This document shows positions 51,421 through 64,000 of a stretch of DNA of 64,000 nt, one piece after another; position 1 is the first letter of the stretch; every line of letters starts with the position of its first letter. A program made the translations under genes and the position numbers. Source of the DNA: Podarcis melisellensis (taxonomy: Eukaryota). The notes below the pieces were generated by a model. That model ran no database searches and was not told where the DNA came from. It saw only the letters and a program-made list of their open reading frames with translations. The DNA is taken from NCBI GenBank assembly GCA_964234715.1, contig OZ174289.1, one strand, 5' to 3'.

Positions 51421-53579
51421 AACCTGAGGCTTCAGGCATGCATAGCTGTGCTCCACTATCAAGCTACAGCCATTTCCCCTTAATTTCCAAATCTCCTATT
51501 CAAGCCACTTCAAAAAAGAAAGGAAAAGGAAAGGAAAGGCTTTCTTAAATCTTCTTCTATTGGTGGGAGGAAGGGGGCATAAGCTGTAACGCAGCCTTGC
51601 ACAACCTGCCCCCCTCTAGATGGCTGGGGCTGAAACATCTGGAAGGCACCAGGTTGGCCAAGGCCAATGTGAGACCTACATCTAAGACACAGGCAGTGAA
51701 GTGGTTTATGGACTGCACCACTTCATAGATGGAAGGTCGGAGTTCATATACTGATTGCTTCCCCAGGCCAAATAAAACAACAGCAAAATCCCCACACGTA
51801 AAAAGAGACCAAAAACTATTCTAGCCTTGGCCTTCTCCTCAACGCACTACTTCCTCATGCACAGAGATTTTAAATTTTTATCTTTGTATGGAGAAGCACT
51901 GTATCATGGGAGTCCCAAACTTGCACTCTCAAGTGATACGGTCAAGGAACAGATTTAAATCTTTTTCAGCTAATAATGAGCCCACAAAAACAAGCTCTGC
52001 TTGGAAGACCTGTTACATTTCACTTCCCTTACCTGGAAGAACAAGCATTCGGCGTTTCTCTCACAGCAAACGGCACAGGGGGAAAGGCCCTGCCTCTTTT
52101 ATCTGCCTCTGGTTCACAGCCAAGACGGATCTCTCCCTCCAGTATGCAAATATTAAAGGAGACTGGTCCTTCAAACACAAACTGAAGTGAAACCAATTGC
52201 ACCACAAGCACATTTAACCACACAGTTTTTAAACCCATCTTTGCACCTTTAATGATTGCAAATAACTGCTTTGCATGTTTGTTTTTAAGATAATAGAAGT
52301 TAAGAGTCTCACCAAAGTGAATCCTCCAACAACCCAACACCCATTTCAACAAGACATTCGTGCAAAAGATCCCAGTGAGGCACAGACCGTAGAGGCCTGA
52401 ATGCTTCGGATGGTATAGGCCACAGATGTAAATAATCTGTAATAAATACGTAATGAATTTTGTGTATTAAAAATAAAAAGAATGAGGCATGTTTCAAATG
52501 TCACGATCTTAAGCCAATAAATCACTGTTTACTATAGGTTGGACAGAAAGTGGATTCGGATTAAGGGTTGGGGAGAAATCCAACTCTCATTTTAATGGTT
52601 GGCATTTTCCAAAACAATAAATGAACCAAGACAGCTAACCTTCAAAAGCCACACTTCTCTATTACAGCGCAGTTCTCCAACCCCAAAAAAATAAAATTAA
52701 AAAGTGTATAAAGAGAAAGGGTGCATATAAATATATACATTAGTGAAAGAGGCCTGGTTGATGCACTTCCTTGCAAAGATGCACATATATGTGCAGTCAC
52801 ATACACCTGCCACCAAAACAAATGAACATGAACGCTGTACCTTTTTGAGGCTGGTTGTGACTGCACTTGGCTCCAGCTTTGCACCCTTTATTGATGAGAA
52901 AGCCCAATTAGACTGGGACAGGAGGCCTTTGTTTTTAAGAGCCCAGTGCTAATTAAATTCTCACCTCCTCCATCTTCTCAGAAAACCACAAATACATAAA
53001 CTGGCTGCCAAAGTAAGTAAGTGCCGCAAATAATTCATCCCACCAGACCTTTTTGCTCCATTCCCTGTCGTTAAGCAAGGTAAACTACAGACAGAAGTAC
53101 TCCATATGCCTGCCTTTCTTCTACCTATGCTAGGAAGATACTTCAAAAAGAAAAGGAAAAAAGAATGAACAGGAAAGATTCCTGCCACCTTCCCTACAGG
53201 TCCTTCTCTGGGACTATGGAACAGCATCAAACCCTGAAGCCACAGGAGTTGCTTCCTTCATAATTTATTTCAAGGATGTGAGGGAGACTACTTTTCACAT
53301 GACCAGTGGTACAGGGATTCCTGACACCATCTTCATCTGTTTTTAGGCACCAGAGAAAGACTCTTCTCTTTGCCCAGGTTTTTTGGCACTTTTGGCATTG
53401 AGCTGGGATCTGCAAGTTTTGACTTTTATACGTCTAGCTGTGTTTTTTGATTTCTATTGATTGTTTTCAATTAGTTTTAATGTAAGTCACTCTGGGTCAT
53501 TCGGGGGGGGGGAGCACCCAACAAATATAATAAATAATAAAAATAACACACAAAATGCCTTTTATGTGTACATATAAAA

Positions 53580-53928
53580 GGGACGTGGGTGGCGCTGTGG
53601 GTTAAACCAGAGCCTAGGACTTGCAGATCAGAAGGTCGGCGGTTCGCATCCCTACGACGGGGTGAGCTCCCGTTGCTTGGTCCCTGCTCCTGCCTACCTA
53701 GCAGTTCAAAAGCACGTCAAAGTGCAAGTAGATAAGTAGGTACCACTCCGGCGGGAAGGTAAACGGCATTTCCGTGTGCTGCTCTGGTTCGCCAGCAGCG
53801 GCTTAGTCATGCTGGCCACATGACCCGGAAGCTGTACGCCGGCTCCCTCGGCCAATAAAGCGAGATGAGCGCCGCAAACCCAGAGTCAGTCACGACTGGA
53901 CCTGATGGTCAGGGGTCCCTTTACCTTT
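53580..53928 (+). mobile_element. Sauria SINE, full length
   Basis: Head, A/B boxes, body and ACCTTT tail align with the other copies. Confidence 0.9.
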
Positions 53929-54938
53929 ATATGTTAGTGAAAACATACAAAATGCATTATATTATAGAAGATAAACATCAAAGAGTACTTTGTGCAAACT
54001 TACTCTGGACGGACACACACATACACACACCCTCTGCACAAGCCACAGGGTGGTTTACTAGGCAAATACGTAAAAAATAAATCCACAAAATATTGCATAT
54101 TCCTTTAAACACACAGAACAAGTCACATAACAATTACAAATAAAAAAAAGCTGTAGGAATCAGGTCTTTCTTCTTCCAACTTACCACTGAAAAGAACACA
54201 TCTTATTTAACTGCCTAAAACTATAATAGATTGATAGTTCCATACACAAGGAGTGACGACTGTAAAGGGCCTTTACCAGGAATGCATATTAGGGAAAATT
54301 ACTTGCAAAAATGTATATAGTATATAAGGTAAAATTACAGGCGAAAATGTGCATATTAGCAGGAATACGTGTGGAATATGCATACAATTTTTTGTGAGGT
54401 ATTTCTTTTTTAAAAAAACTGATGTGGAAATGGGGTGAACTGAATTTAAGAATGAGAAAAAAATGAGAAACGAAATTCACAGATTGGTCCAGTTATTATA
54501 TAGTATATATACACCACCACCACCCCGTCCAAGAACAGAGTACATGCATAGCATACGAACCAATTTATTAAGACTTCTATGACTGTGATCCTATGCATTG
54601 TACCTCCACTAAACTCAGTGGCAATTACTGCAAAGGTCCAGCTTCAACAAAAGGCTTCAGCCAGATGAAATGCAACCTTTAGCTTTTATAATCAGAAATG
54701 TAAAGCATATTGCAAAGATGTGTTGCCACTGTAGCAGTTAGCATAATGTGAGAAACTTATCAAAGGAAAGAGGTTATTCAGCCTCTCTCTGCTTTATGGG
54801 CAGGGAACTCTTTTCAGCCCAAGGGCCACATTCCCGCCTTGACAACCTTCCAAGGACCATATACCAGCAGTAGGTAGGTGGGGACCTGAGACAAAAGTGG
54901 GTGAACCAATAAAAGAAAATTTCACCTTCATACACTAG

Positions 54939-54976
<38 letters not shown>

Positions 54977-55231
54977 CTGTTTTAGTTAGTTAGTTAGCTA
55001 GTTATTTAATGTATTAGTGACTTGTTACCTAAAAGGTCTCTAATCAATTTGCATTGAAAAACATAAATGCAAATACATTGTACCATGGGGAGCAGGGGAG
55101 GGGGGAAGCATATAAAATGTGAAGAGGCTGTGTGGCTTTGGGTTAGTTCCAAGGACCAGAATAAAGAGATATAGAGGGCCAAATTTGCATACCTTCCAAC
55201 GTTTCTCCGATGAAAATAGGGATATCCTATT

Positions 55232-55395
55232 CAACAACAACAACAACAACGATTTTATTGTTTATATCCCACCCATCTTACTGAATTTGCACCAGCCACT
55301 CCGGGTGGCTTCCAACATACATATATAAAAACATAATAAAACTTTATTAAAAACTTCCCTATACAGGGCTGCCTTCAGATGCCTTCTAAATGTTC
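55232..55395 (-). mobile_element. L2 3' end fragment within a probable DNA-transposon remnant (about 55188-55553)
   Basis: Reverse complement of the same L2 3' UTR; outer imperfect TIRs cataccttccaac / cttggagggtctg. Confidence 0.6.
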
Positions 55396-56350
55396 TGAAC
55401 TTGGTTCAGGGGTCCCATCTGCTCCAACATTTTTCCAGTGAAAATAGGTACCTCCTAAAGAAAAACAGGACATTCTGGGATCAAATCAGAAACCAGGACG
55501 GCTTCTGTAAATCTGAGACTGTCCCTGGAAAATAGGGACGCTTGGAGGGTCTGCATGTGTCCCCAGCCCAAGGTTTCCCAACTCTATCCTACTTGATTTT
55601 CTTCATTCCCTCACTTCCTCTATGCTAATCTTCCACAAAGAACAATAAAACTTGAAAGCCTCTTTATCACCACCTTTATCTGCCAACGCAAGGAGAGTCT
55701 GCCAATTAGCATGGCATTCTGGCAGATATCATCATGGTCCACTCCTTTGCTTTTCCTGTCTGCTTCACCACCACAAGAAACCATACGGCGTAAGGCAACC
55801 GAAAGGGCTTGTGCCCTTCCCCAAGGATTGGCTAGTGACATCTGCAAGACTTGTTACATCTCCTTTGCTAAAGTAGCCTCACAAGATTCTGGTTTAGCTG
55901 ACAATGCTGAGTTTGGTGCTTACAGAGTTTTTTTAAACAAACAAGCAAACTGTGCATGGACTCAAGCGCAACTAGATTCTTTCTTTGTTTCAAATATTAA
56001 TATGCCGCCTTTTCAGAGCAAAGCCCTCCAAAGGCAGATTACGTACTTAAATAAAATATAGAAACTAAAACATTTCATTCCAACAAAACAAGAGTGCTGA
56101 AACAGTAGTCTAAAAAAGATTTCACAGCCCAGCACACTCATCTCAAACCAGTTTAAACAGTGTAAAATACATACTGTAGTTAAATAATAAAAGTCATCAG
56201 AATCTCTCATCTAAAAGCAGCTATAAATAAATGGCTTTTCAAAGTGCATTTAAAAGCCAATGCAGATAGGGACAAACATAGGGAGGTCCACAAATATGGG
56301 GCCACCATAAAGGCAGTCCTGCTCTCTAGCGCCCACCAATCTAACTGATA

Positions 56351-56485
56351 CAGTGATACCTCAGGTTACATACGCTTCAGGTTACAGACTCCGCTAACCC
56401 AGAAATAGTGCTTCAGGTTAAGAACAGTTGCAGGTTAAGTACGGACCTCCGGAACGAATTAAGTACTTAACCTGAGGTACCACTG
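56351..56485. mobile_element. Internally deleted Tigger-like MITE
   Basis: TIRs and TA TSD intact; central ~95 bp missing relative to the other copies. Confidence 0.82.
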
Positions 56486-57140
56486 TACTGATGGCAGGCC
56501 CAGAAGCAGGCCTTGGAAGGTCAGTATTAAGGTCTGGGTAGATTTGTATGGATACAAATAGTCCTTCAGTTGTTCCAATTCAATCAATTTTCTGTGCTAA
56601 AAGCCAAACAATGGCAACACAGCACTCATAAGTGACCATGGTCACAAAATGCAGCAAAAGGTCTGAAGGAAATCCAAGTGTCACCTGATCCACCTGCCTC
56701 CACAGGGCTACCTAAAGACCGTCTCGCTCTGAGGGGAGGACAAGTAAAGAGAAGCCCAGAACAGCCCTAGAGGGCTGTCCACCATCCAGCTCCCAGTGTC
56801 TCTGAGTGGATTCCAACATAATAAAAACACAGGAAAAGGTCAAGCAGTGATCTATATTCATTTTCTGTGCAAGTCCCTTGATACTCTTATGCACACCTTT
56901 TAGAGGGGGAAAAGCACTGGCCCACAAATACACCGAAATTAAGCAACTCATTTCTGCCCAAAATCAGTACATTCAACTCCACAGGGCCAGGTGAGTGTCT
57001 GAGGTGTGGGTTGTGGCTGTTATTATCTGCACATTTTGGAAAGACATGTGCAGCTGCACACAACTATGAGGGAAGGCACGAGTATGGTGAGTCAGCACTC
57101 AGAATTGTGCCCAAACAGACTGGCAGCCAGTATTAGCTAT

Positions 57141-57601
57141 TGTAACCCAAGAATCCTAATGCCGTGGGGGTTGAGGGGTTAGGCTGTATCCCTGAGTCCC
57201 TTCTAATTGGATCCAGCAAGGATTTGATGGTTGGATTAGCCAGGTTAGCTCCTTGTTGAGCTAATAGACCTCTAAGTATGGGGCACCTGGCTATTAGTGA
57301 GAAGGATAAGGGTCAGATTTGAAATGTGTGAAAGAGATAGAAGCTGGCTGCAGGCAGAATCCTGTGAGGCAGAGCCATGCTTGATTTCTGCTGGAATCCA
57401 AGGCTGTGGCTATGGGGGAAGCAAGACCTTCTAGGGGTATTAATGCTATGAGCCTCTCCATTGTAGGCTCAGGCTGTATATATGTGTAAATAAACCTTAT
57501 ATCAGAAAGACGCCTCAGTCTCGGATGTCCCTCATTCCAAAGAAACCAAAAGCTGGGTAAACCTACCTGGAACCCCTGGAATCTTGGAGTGGAGTGCAAC
57601 A
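57141..57601 (+). mobile_element. Probable solo LTR
   Basis: Starts TGTAAC and ends GCAACA, about 460 bp, TATA-like tatata followed by AATAAA near 57489; flanks ctat / atat. Confidence 0.55.
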
Positions 57602-57636
57602 ATATGCTCCCTACATTTCCCCCTCAAAGTCAGCCC

Positions 57637-58239
57637 NNNNNNNNNNNNNNNNNNNNNNNNNNNNNNNNNNNNNNNNNNNNNNNNNNNNNNNNNNNNNNNN
57701 NNNNNNNNNNNNNNNNNNNNNNNNNNNNNNNNNNNNNNNNNNNNNNNNNNNNNNNNNNNNNNNNNNNNNNNNNNNNNNNNNNNNNNNNNNNNNNNNNNNN
57801 NNNNNNNNNNNNNNNNNNNNNNNNNNNNNNNNNNNNNNNNNNNNNNNNNNNNNNNNNNNNNNNNNNNNNNNNNNNNNNNNNNNNNNNNNNNNNNNNNNNN
57901 NNNNNNNNNNNNNNNNNNNNNNNNNNNNNNNNNNNNNNNNNNNNNNNNNNNNNNNNNNNNNNNNNNNNNNNNNNNNNNNNNNNNNNNNNNNNNNNNNNNN
58001 NNNNNNNNNNNNNNNNNNNNNNNNNNNNNNNNNNNNNNNNNNNNNNNNNNNNNNNNNNNNNNNNNNNNNNNNNNNNNNNNNNNNNNNNNNNNNNNNNNNN
58101 NNNNNNNNNNNNNNNNNNNNNNNNNNNNNNNNNNNNNNNNNNNNNNNNNNNNNNNNNNNNNNNNNNNNNNNNNNNNNNNNNNNNNNNNNNNNNNNNNNNN
58201 NNNNNNNNNNNNNNNNNNNNNNNNNNNNNNNNNNNNNNN
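57637..58239. other. Run of N (assembly gap, 603 nt)
   Basis: Seen directly. Confidence 0.98.
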
Positions 58240-59582
58240 GCCAACGACCAAAGCAACATAAAACAAACAATATATACAATTAAAAGGACAACAATGGGTA
58301 AAAAGGACACTCAGATGATCAAGATTATCATTCAGATAGTGGCCCTTAATCTCATTGCACCCTCGATAAACCTACAACACAGTATCTTTATATAGGCATA
58401 AACCATGTTGTAGTAATCCAGTTGTAACTAAGGCATCTGTCCCTATGGCAAGAACCCCAAATTGACCAATGTGCACGGTCAACGGCTGGTGTTATCAGAA
58501 GGTCTCAGGGATGGGCAGCGGAAACAGCTGGGATTTACTGCCTTGCCTATCTTCTTGCACCCAACTTTTTGAACCAACCAACACCAGGGCTTTGACCCAG
58601 CCATGCTTGTTTCCTTCTTGCATGGCTGCATGCATGCAAAAAAAGTTTTTCAATCTGCTAAAAGTCAAGTTCAAAAAAAATAAAATGAAGTCAGGTTGAA
58701 ACTGGTACTTGTTTACTGATTTAATGTCTTGTGCCAATTTCTTTTCCTGGGAAACTGCCAACCCTTCCAGGCACCATTGTATGTTTTAGCACTGGTAACG
58801 CCTCAAAAGATCCACCACCTGGGGAAGAACATACAGAAGGAGGAGGGCACGCCCAAGGATAGTATCCGCGCAGGGCACCCTTGTGCATTAAGCTGCTTCT
58901 TGCTTGGAAAGCTCACAGAGCACTTTCATTCCCAACACTTTGATGCTGGCTTTGATGTCTGCAACCCGATGCGGTGTATGGAATAGCTGATTAGATTAAA
59001 ATCTGCTCTGTTGACAGTAATTAATTCCCCGTGTATCAAAATGATAAAATATTAACAAGGCTTACAAGGCAGCAGGACGCATTGCGCACCAGAGATCAAC
59101 CCCGGCAATAGCCCCGGCACAGAGTCATGCCGGAAAAAGCCTCTTAAAGCAGTAGCTGAACATTTCTGGGAGCAGAGAGGGAGACAATTAGCAGAATTCC
59201 ATGTACATTGTCACAAAAGCACCAACACACACACACACACACACCCGTATGTCTAACTCAAGTGGGATTACTTTGGGAAGGCTCCCCTACTGGGTGCACA
59301 GATTCTAGATGAGACTAACCAGCCCTAAGAATATAGGAAGCTGTTCTATCCTGAGTCAGACCGTTGGCTCATCTAGCTCAGTATTATCCACCCTGACTCT
59401 CCAGGGTTTCAAACAGGGGACATTCCCAACCCAATCTGGAGGTAATAGGGACCCAGGACCTCCTGCACGCAAGACACATTCTGCCACTGAGGTACAGCCC
59501 ATGTTGATAGCCTGCAGCCACCTGGCAGCAGGCAAGTCATTGCTGTACATTGAGTCAGACCACTGATCCATTTAGCAGAGTA

Positions 59583-59824
59583 CAGTGGTACCTCGGGTTA
59601 CAGGCGCTTCAGGTTACATATGCTTCAGGTTACAGACTCTGCTAACCCAGAAATAGTACCTCGGGTTAAGAACTTTGCTTCAGAATGGGAACAGAAATTG
59701 TGCTGCGGTGGGGTGGCGGCAGCGGGAGGCCCCATTAGCTAAAGTGGTACCTCAGGTTAAGAACAATTTCAGGTTAAGAACAGACCTCCAGAACGAATTA
59801 AGTTCTTAACCCGAGGTACCACTA
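59583..59824. mobile_element. Tc1/mariner (Tigger-like) MITE
   Basis: TIRs CAGTGGTACCTCGGGTTA / TAACCCGAGGTACCACT; TA flanks. Confidence 0.85.
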
Positions 59825-60809
59825 TATTACCGACAGTGACTTACCTGTTTTTCAAAAGCTCAGGCAGTAACTCATTCCTAGATCTGAGACCAGAGACCCA
59901 TTTCATCAGAGATGTCAGAATCTTGATGCCTGCAAGCTACCTATCCAGCTACCTTGTCCCGATTCTGAGGCTTTCTACAGCCAACTCACCTGATTTCCGA
60001 CTCACAGGGCTTGCAAACCCAACTCCCCATGCACTGGCTATTTTGCTTCCAACCTTTTGCTGCCGGGGGCCTTTTCCATGACCTCAGCAATCCGACCTCT
60101 CTGATGGGAAAGTAGGGCAGGGTGTTTTTGTTTTTCTCAGATGTAGTCTGTCCCTAACGAATGAACCAGCTCAGCGATACCTTTACTGATACACATACAC
60201 ACAAAATAATGAATGTTTATCAATAGCTGCCATTACAGAACAGAGACTGCATGTCAGGGCACATCGCCAGGCAACACCACATCTGCTACAAAGGCTGTGT
60301 GCTGACTCCGGATTTTCCACTTTGTCTCAGCTGTCCCCAAGGGACCTGTCATAATCTCTCATACTCTTCAGAAGTCTGCATCAGCAGCTGATCAGAGACA
60401 TTTTTTTTATTTTAAAAAGTGTGCTCCCTTTCCCTTTTTCCTCATTTGTATCCCTTTGCAGAATAGGTGAATCCCCCTCCCACACACATCATCATGCATA
60501 CCTGAGTGTACCAGCTGCAAAAAAAATACTTCCCCTTTGCTGCACCAAATTACCTCTGCCTTGAGCTCGCTAAATGGCCTTACGCAAGCCACCTTCGCCA
60601 AGCCTCAGCACCTCGGCCCCGTCATCCACCCCCCCACACACATCTGAAATAGAGGGATACGAATTACTGACCTATTTTACAAGGTTATTGCAAGGGCTCC
60701 TGAGATAATGACTACAAAGTGCTTTGATGAATGTAAAGTGCTATATAAATGCTAATCATCAATATTACGAAGGCAGGATCCTGCTCTCCCTTTGAAATAT
60801 GCCAGGGAG

Positions 60810-60899
60810 CATAGCTGTCAAATTTTCCCTTTTCTTGCGAGGAAATCTATTCGGAATAAGGGAATTTCCCTTTTAAAAAGGAAAACGTTGGCAGCTATG
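60810..60899. mobile_element. 90-bp hAT MITE (TIR CATAGCTGTCAAC)
   Basis: TIRs; perfect TSD ccagggag. Confidence 0.88.
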
Positions 60900-61669
60900 C
60901 CAGGGAGGCTCTGCTCCCATTCTCTGTTGGTAGGTGCAAGGGGCAAATCCTTTGCCGTTGTGGTTCAAAGACTCAGGAAGTCTCGTCCCCCCCCGAGACC
61001 TGACAGTAAGTCAGTCAGTCAATCTTTATTTTTTTCCAATCATAAGTCACAGAGGAGAAGTCCTGCCTGTTTAGCCCAGCACGGCGAAAATCACAGCCCT
61101 GGAAATGCTGCTGTAACTACCACCATCCCTGGCAATGGGCTAGGTCATCTGAGGGCTCTGCTATAAGATCTGTTTATTCATCATGATTTGCTTGCATGAA
61201 GTTTACACAAAGGTTAGACTATGGCTGGGGCTTTATTGAGCATTCGTTCTGATTTGTTTGCAGGGAGGTTATACAATAGTGAACATCCGTTCTGAATTGC
61301 TTGTGCAATGTGCTACATTTGTCCCACACTTTCTGGTGCCATTTCACCATCACTTTCCTGACCACAGGAAAAGTCTAGTGCTTTAACTGCAGAAAACCTG
61401 CAGGAGGCATCCTAAGGTTGATAGGAGCTGGAGTCCAGAAACATCTGGAGGGTCGCAGGTTCCTCATCTCCCCCCACCCCCCGCCACGGCCTATGCTTTC
61501 AAAAGTTAGCAAACACTGCATTATTTAAACTGTCCTTCCGTCTGGATTGATTTCGGTACCCCGTTGACAAAAGGCCAACTTTTTACTTGGCTTGACTGTT
61601 GATTGTTCTCTCCTTTTTGTTCTTGATCATTTTGCTCTTTTTTAAAATCACACATTAATTATAACTGTA

Positions 61670-61933
61670 CAGTCATACCTCAGGTTGAATGCGCTTTGGA
61701 TTAAGTGTGTTCGAGTTGCGCTCCGCGGCAACCCGTAAGTAACGGAGTGCGTTACTTCCAGGTTTCGCCGCTTGCACATGCGCAGACACTCAAAATGACA
61801 TCACGCGCATGTGGAGAAGCGGCGAAAAGCAATGCGCACGTGCTCAGATGTGCCGTCGCTAGTTACGTTTGCTTCTAGATGCGAACGGGGCTCCGGAACG
61901 GATATCCGGAACTCGTATCCAGAGGTACCACTG
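61670..61933. mobile_element. Tigger-like MITE, second family
   Basis: TA-CAGTCATACCTC...GAGGTACCACTG-TA; internal gcgcatg repeats. Confidence 0.75.
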
Positions 61934-62241
61934 TATTCCACTTTGAAAGCAGCCTATACATTTTATTAAGTTAACTTAAAAATAAAATAAAATTATCCCT
62001 TCCTGGGGGGTGGGGAGACAACAAACGGGGGGGGGGGCATTAAAATATATTGTGAAACACTAGGTTCGTTCAAAATCCCATGAAGGAAAAGTATCTAGAT
62101 ACATATACAAAAACAAAGAGTTCCATGGCTACATTTTTTTTACCCTTTAATGAATTTTTAAATTGCTGCTTTACAGCATTTCAAGATTATTTTGTACTTT
62201 TTAATGATATGTTGCTCTGTCTTTAGACTGCACACAATATG

Positions 62242-62244
62242 TAT

Positions 62245-62275
<31 letters not shown>

Positions 62276-62307
62276 TGATTGATTGATTGATTGATTAAAT
62301 AAATAAA
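62242..62307. repeat. (ATTT)n(GATT)n(AAAT)n compound microsatellite
   Basis: Seen directly. Confidence 0.9.
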
Positions 62308-64000
62308 TCCAGATTTTGGTACCATAATTTTTATTTTAACCCTCCCTCCAAAAAAAATCCTCTAATAAGAATAAGGAGATATACACAGTTCCCCTCCCTG
62401 AGATGCTACGCCCAAGACATGCAACCCGCTATACTCATTCTGCGTGGCCTTTATTCCAGAACCGGAAAATCCCTTAGACAGCTCACCATTTAAAAAATGA
62501 AACTAAAATTAGTACACAATCATGAGGAATAATGGTTTGGCTTGTTGTCTGGACTCTGAGCCTGTAACATGCAGTGCCATATTTCAAATGCAGGCCAGAT
62601 CATGACTTTTCTCCCTCTTGTAGCAGTTGTGCTATATGATTTTTAATTGTATTTTTATTGCTTTATTGTTTTTTGGGAGTATTGTATTTGACTGTATTTG
62701 AATCCCATTGGCTACAATATAAAATGCCATAATAAATAATACAATACAATTTAAGAGATAAAAGACGCACTAGAAAATGCATTTAAAAATCAGTATGAAT
62801 AGTTAATGCATTGCACCTGGCGTTAACAGCTGCTGTTCCCACTGTTCTTCACTGGCACATTGCAAACCACCTGAAAGATACTTGCGCACCAGTGGTGGCC
62901 TGCAGACCACAGTTTTGGAAGCCCTGCTCTAAGAAACCCACAAGCAGTGCATGAAGTAAACCAGCCGCCGCCTCCCCTGTTGTTTGTCCTCAGCATCTGA
63001 TATTCACCGGTATTCTTCCTTGGTACGGCCAGACTCTGTTTAAGTATCCCAGCCATTGACAAACCTCGCGTCCACTGATTATTCTACTCCCCTTTAAATG
63101 CAAAGCTACTGAAAAGTTCATTCAGATCATTTTTAAACCAACCAGCCTAATTCACACTTCCCAGATTAACACAGTTATCCCATGGACTGTGTTCATCTCT
63201 ATGAATTTTGCAAACCGGTTGTTGGCACTAAAAAATGCATACTTTTTAAGGGGAGTATTTTAGGAAGTACACTGGGGGGAATGCACACACTTCAAATGCT
63301 GTGTGTGTGTGTGTGTTATTAAAAACAATGCAGAAAATGAGATGGAACAGACTTTTGTTTGAACATATGTGAAACTGACACAGACCTAGAAATACACCCA
63401 ATCCATCCCTATTATAAAGTCATTTAAATAATGAGATCCAGGCTCATATAGCCTCAGCAATGCTGCTGCATCTGGTGTCCTCAGATCATTCAGTGTTCCC
63501 AGGCAGGTTTTTTACATTCCCAATTTGCCAACACACACAGTCACACACAGCCTCTCTCATCAAACAAGGGGTCATACAATTACTGAAAAGCTCTTCAGTC
63601 TCGTTTTTTGCTCACAATGCCAGCCAGGCCACCTTTTTATCCACCATTTCATCCCCTCTTGCTCCAAAAGGATATCATTTGTTTAGGAAAACATTATACT
63701 GCATTATATACTGGGATATATGCTGTAAAGATCAAGTACAGTATGGTTGTACGCATTCTACTCTACTCAGAATTCTACTCTACGCATTCTACTCAGAATA
63801 GATGCACACTGAAATTTGTGGGCCTTAGTAAAGCAATGTGTACTAATTTTAACTGGGTCTACTCTGAGTAGGATCGGATGCAGCCAATTATAATTTGTTC
63901 CAAAAGGAAGTTGATTATGCTGTTTGTTCTGACAACATCAAACCTTTCCCCTGATGGCATGAAAACAAACACTTCTTTGACTTGGCAAATGTGCTTGCTA

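Noticed and set aside
57532-58395. Long ORFs spanning N runs (also at 6745-7128 and 33130-33463)
   Set aside because: Artefacts of undetermined bases.
1-64000. CRISPR array or prokaryote-style operon or defence system
   Set aside because: Vertebrate intronic DNA; no repeat-spacer array or gene cluster seen.

Overview
Eukaryotic genomic DNA from a squamate reptile, most likely a lacertid lizard given the Sauria/POM-type SINEs. The only supportable protein-coding sequence is one minus-strand exon (45810-46528, CDS 45810-46472) encoding the RING, B-box1 and B-box2 N-terminus of the TRIM E3 ligase MID2 (TRIM1). The rest appears to be MID2 intron: I found no downstream coiled-coil exon in the 45.8 kb 3' of it and no CpG-island first exon in the 17.5 kb 5' of it. 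The introns are dense in transposable elements: Sauria SINEs, a Squam3-like SINE, L2/CR1/RTE fragments, hAT and Tc1/mariner-Tigger MITEs, a probable solo LTR and microsatellites, plus three N gaps. The most notable structure is a palindromic Penelope-like insertion in a (TA)n tract (34931-35757), with apparently identical 305-bp arms that each carry a minimal hammerhead ribozyme motif. Other oddities are a fold-back Sauria SINE chimera, a chain of hAT MITEs reusing one target site, a triple-nested insertion with a locally templated inverted filler, and a stop-disrupted homolog of the human MID2 N-terminal extension. I see no convincing wholly new multi-gene system. Family assignments come from recalled consensus features, not database searches.
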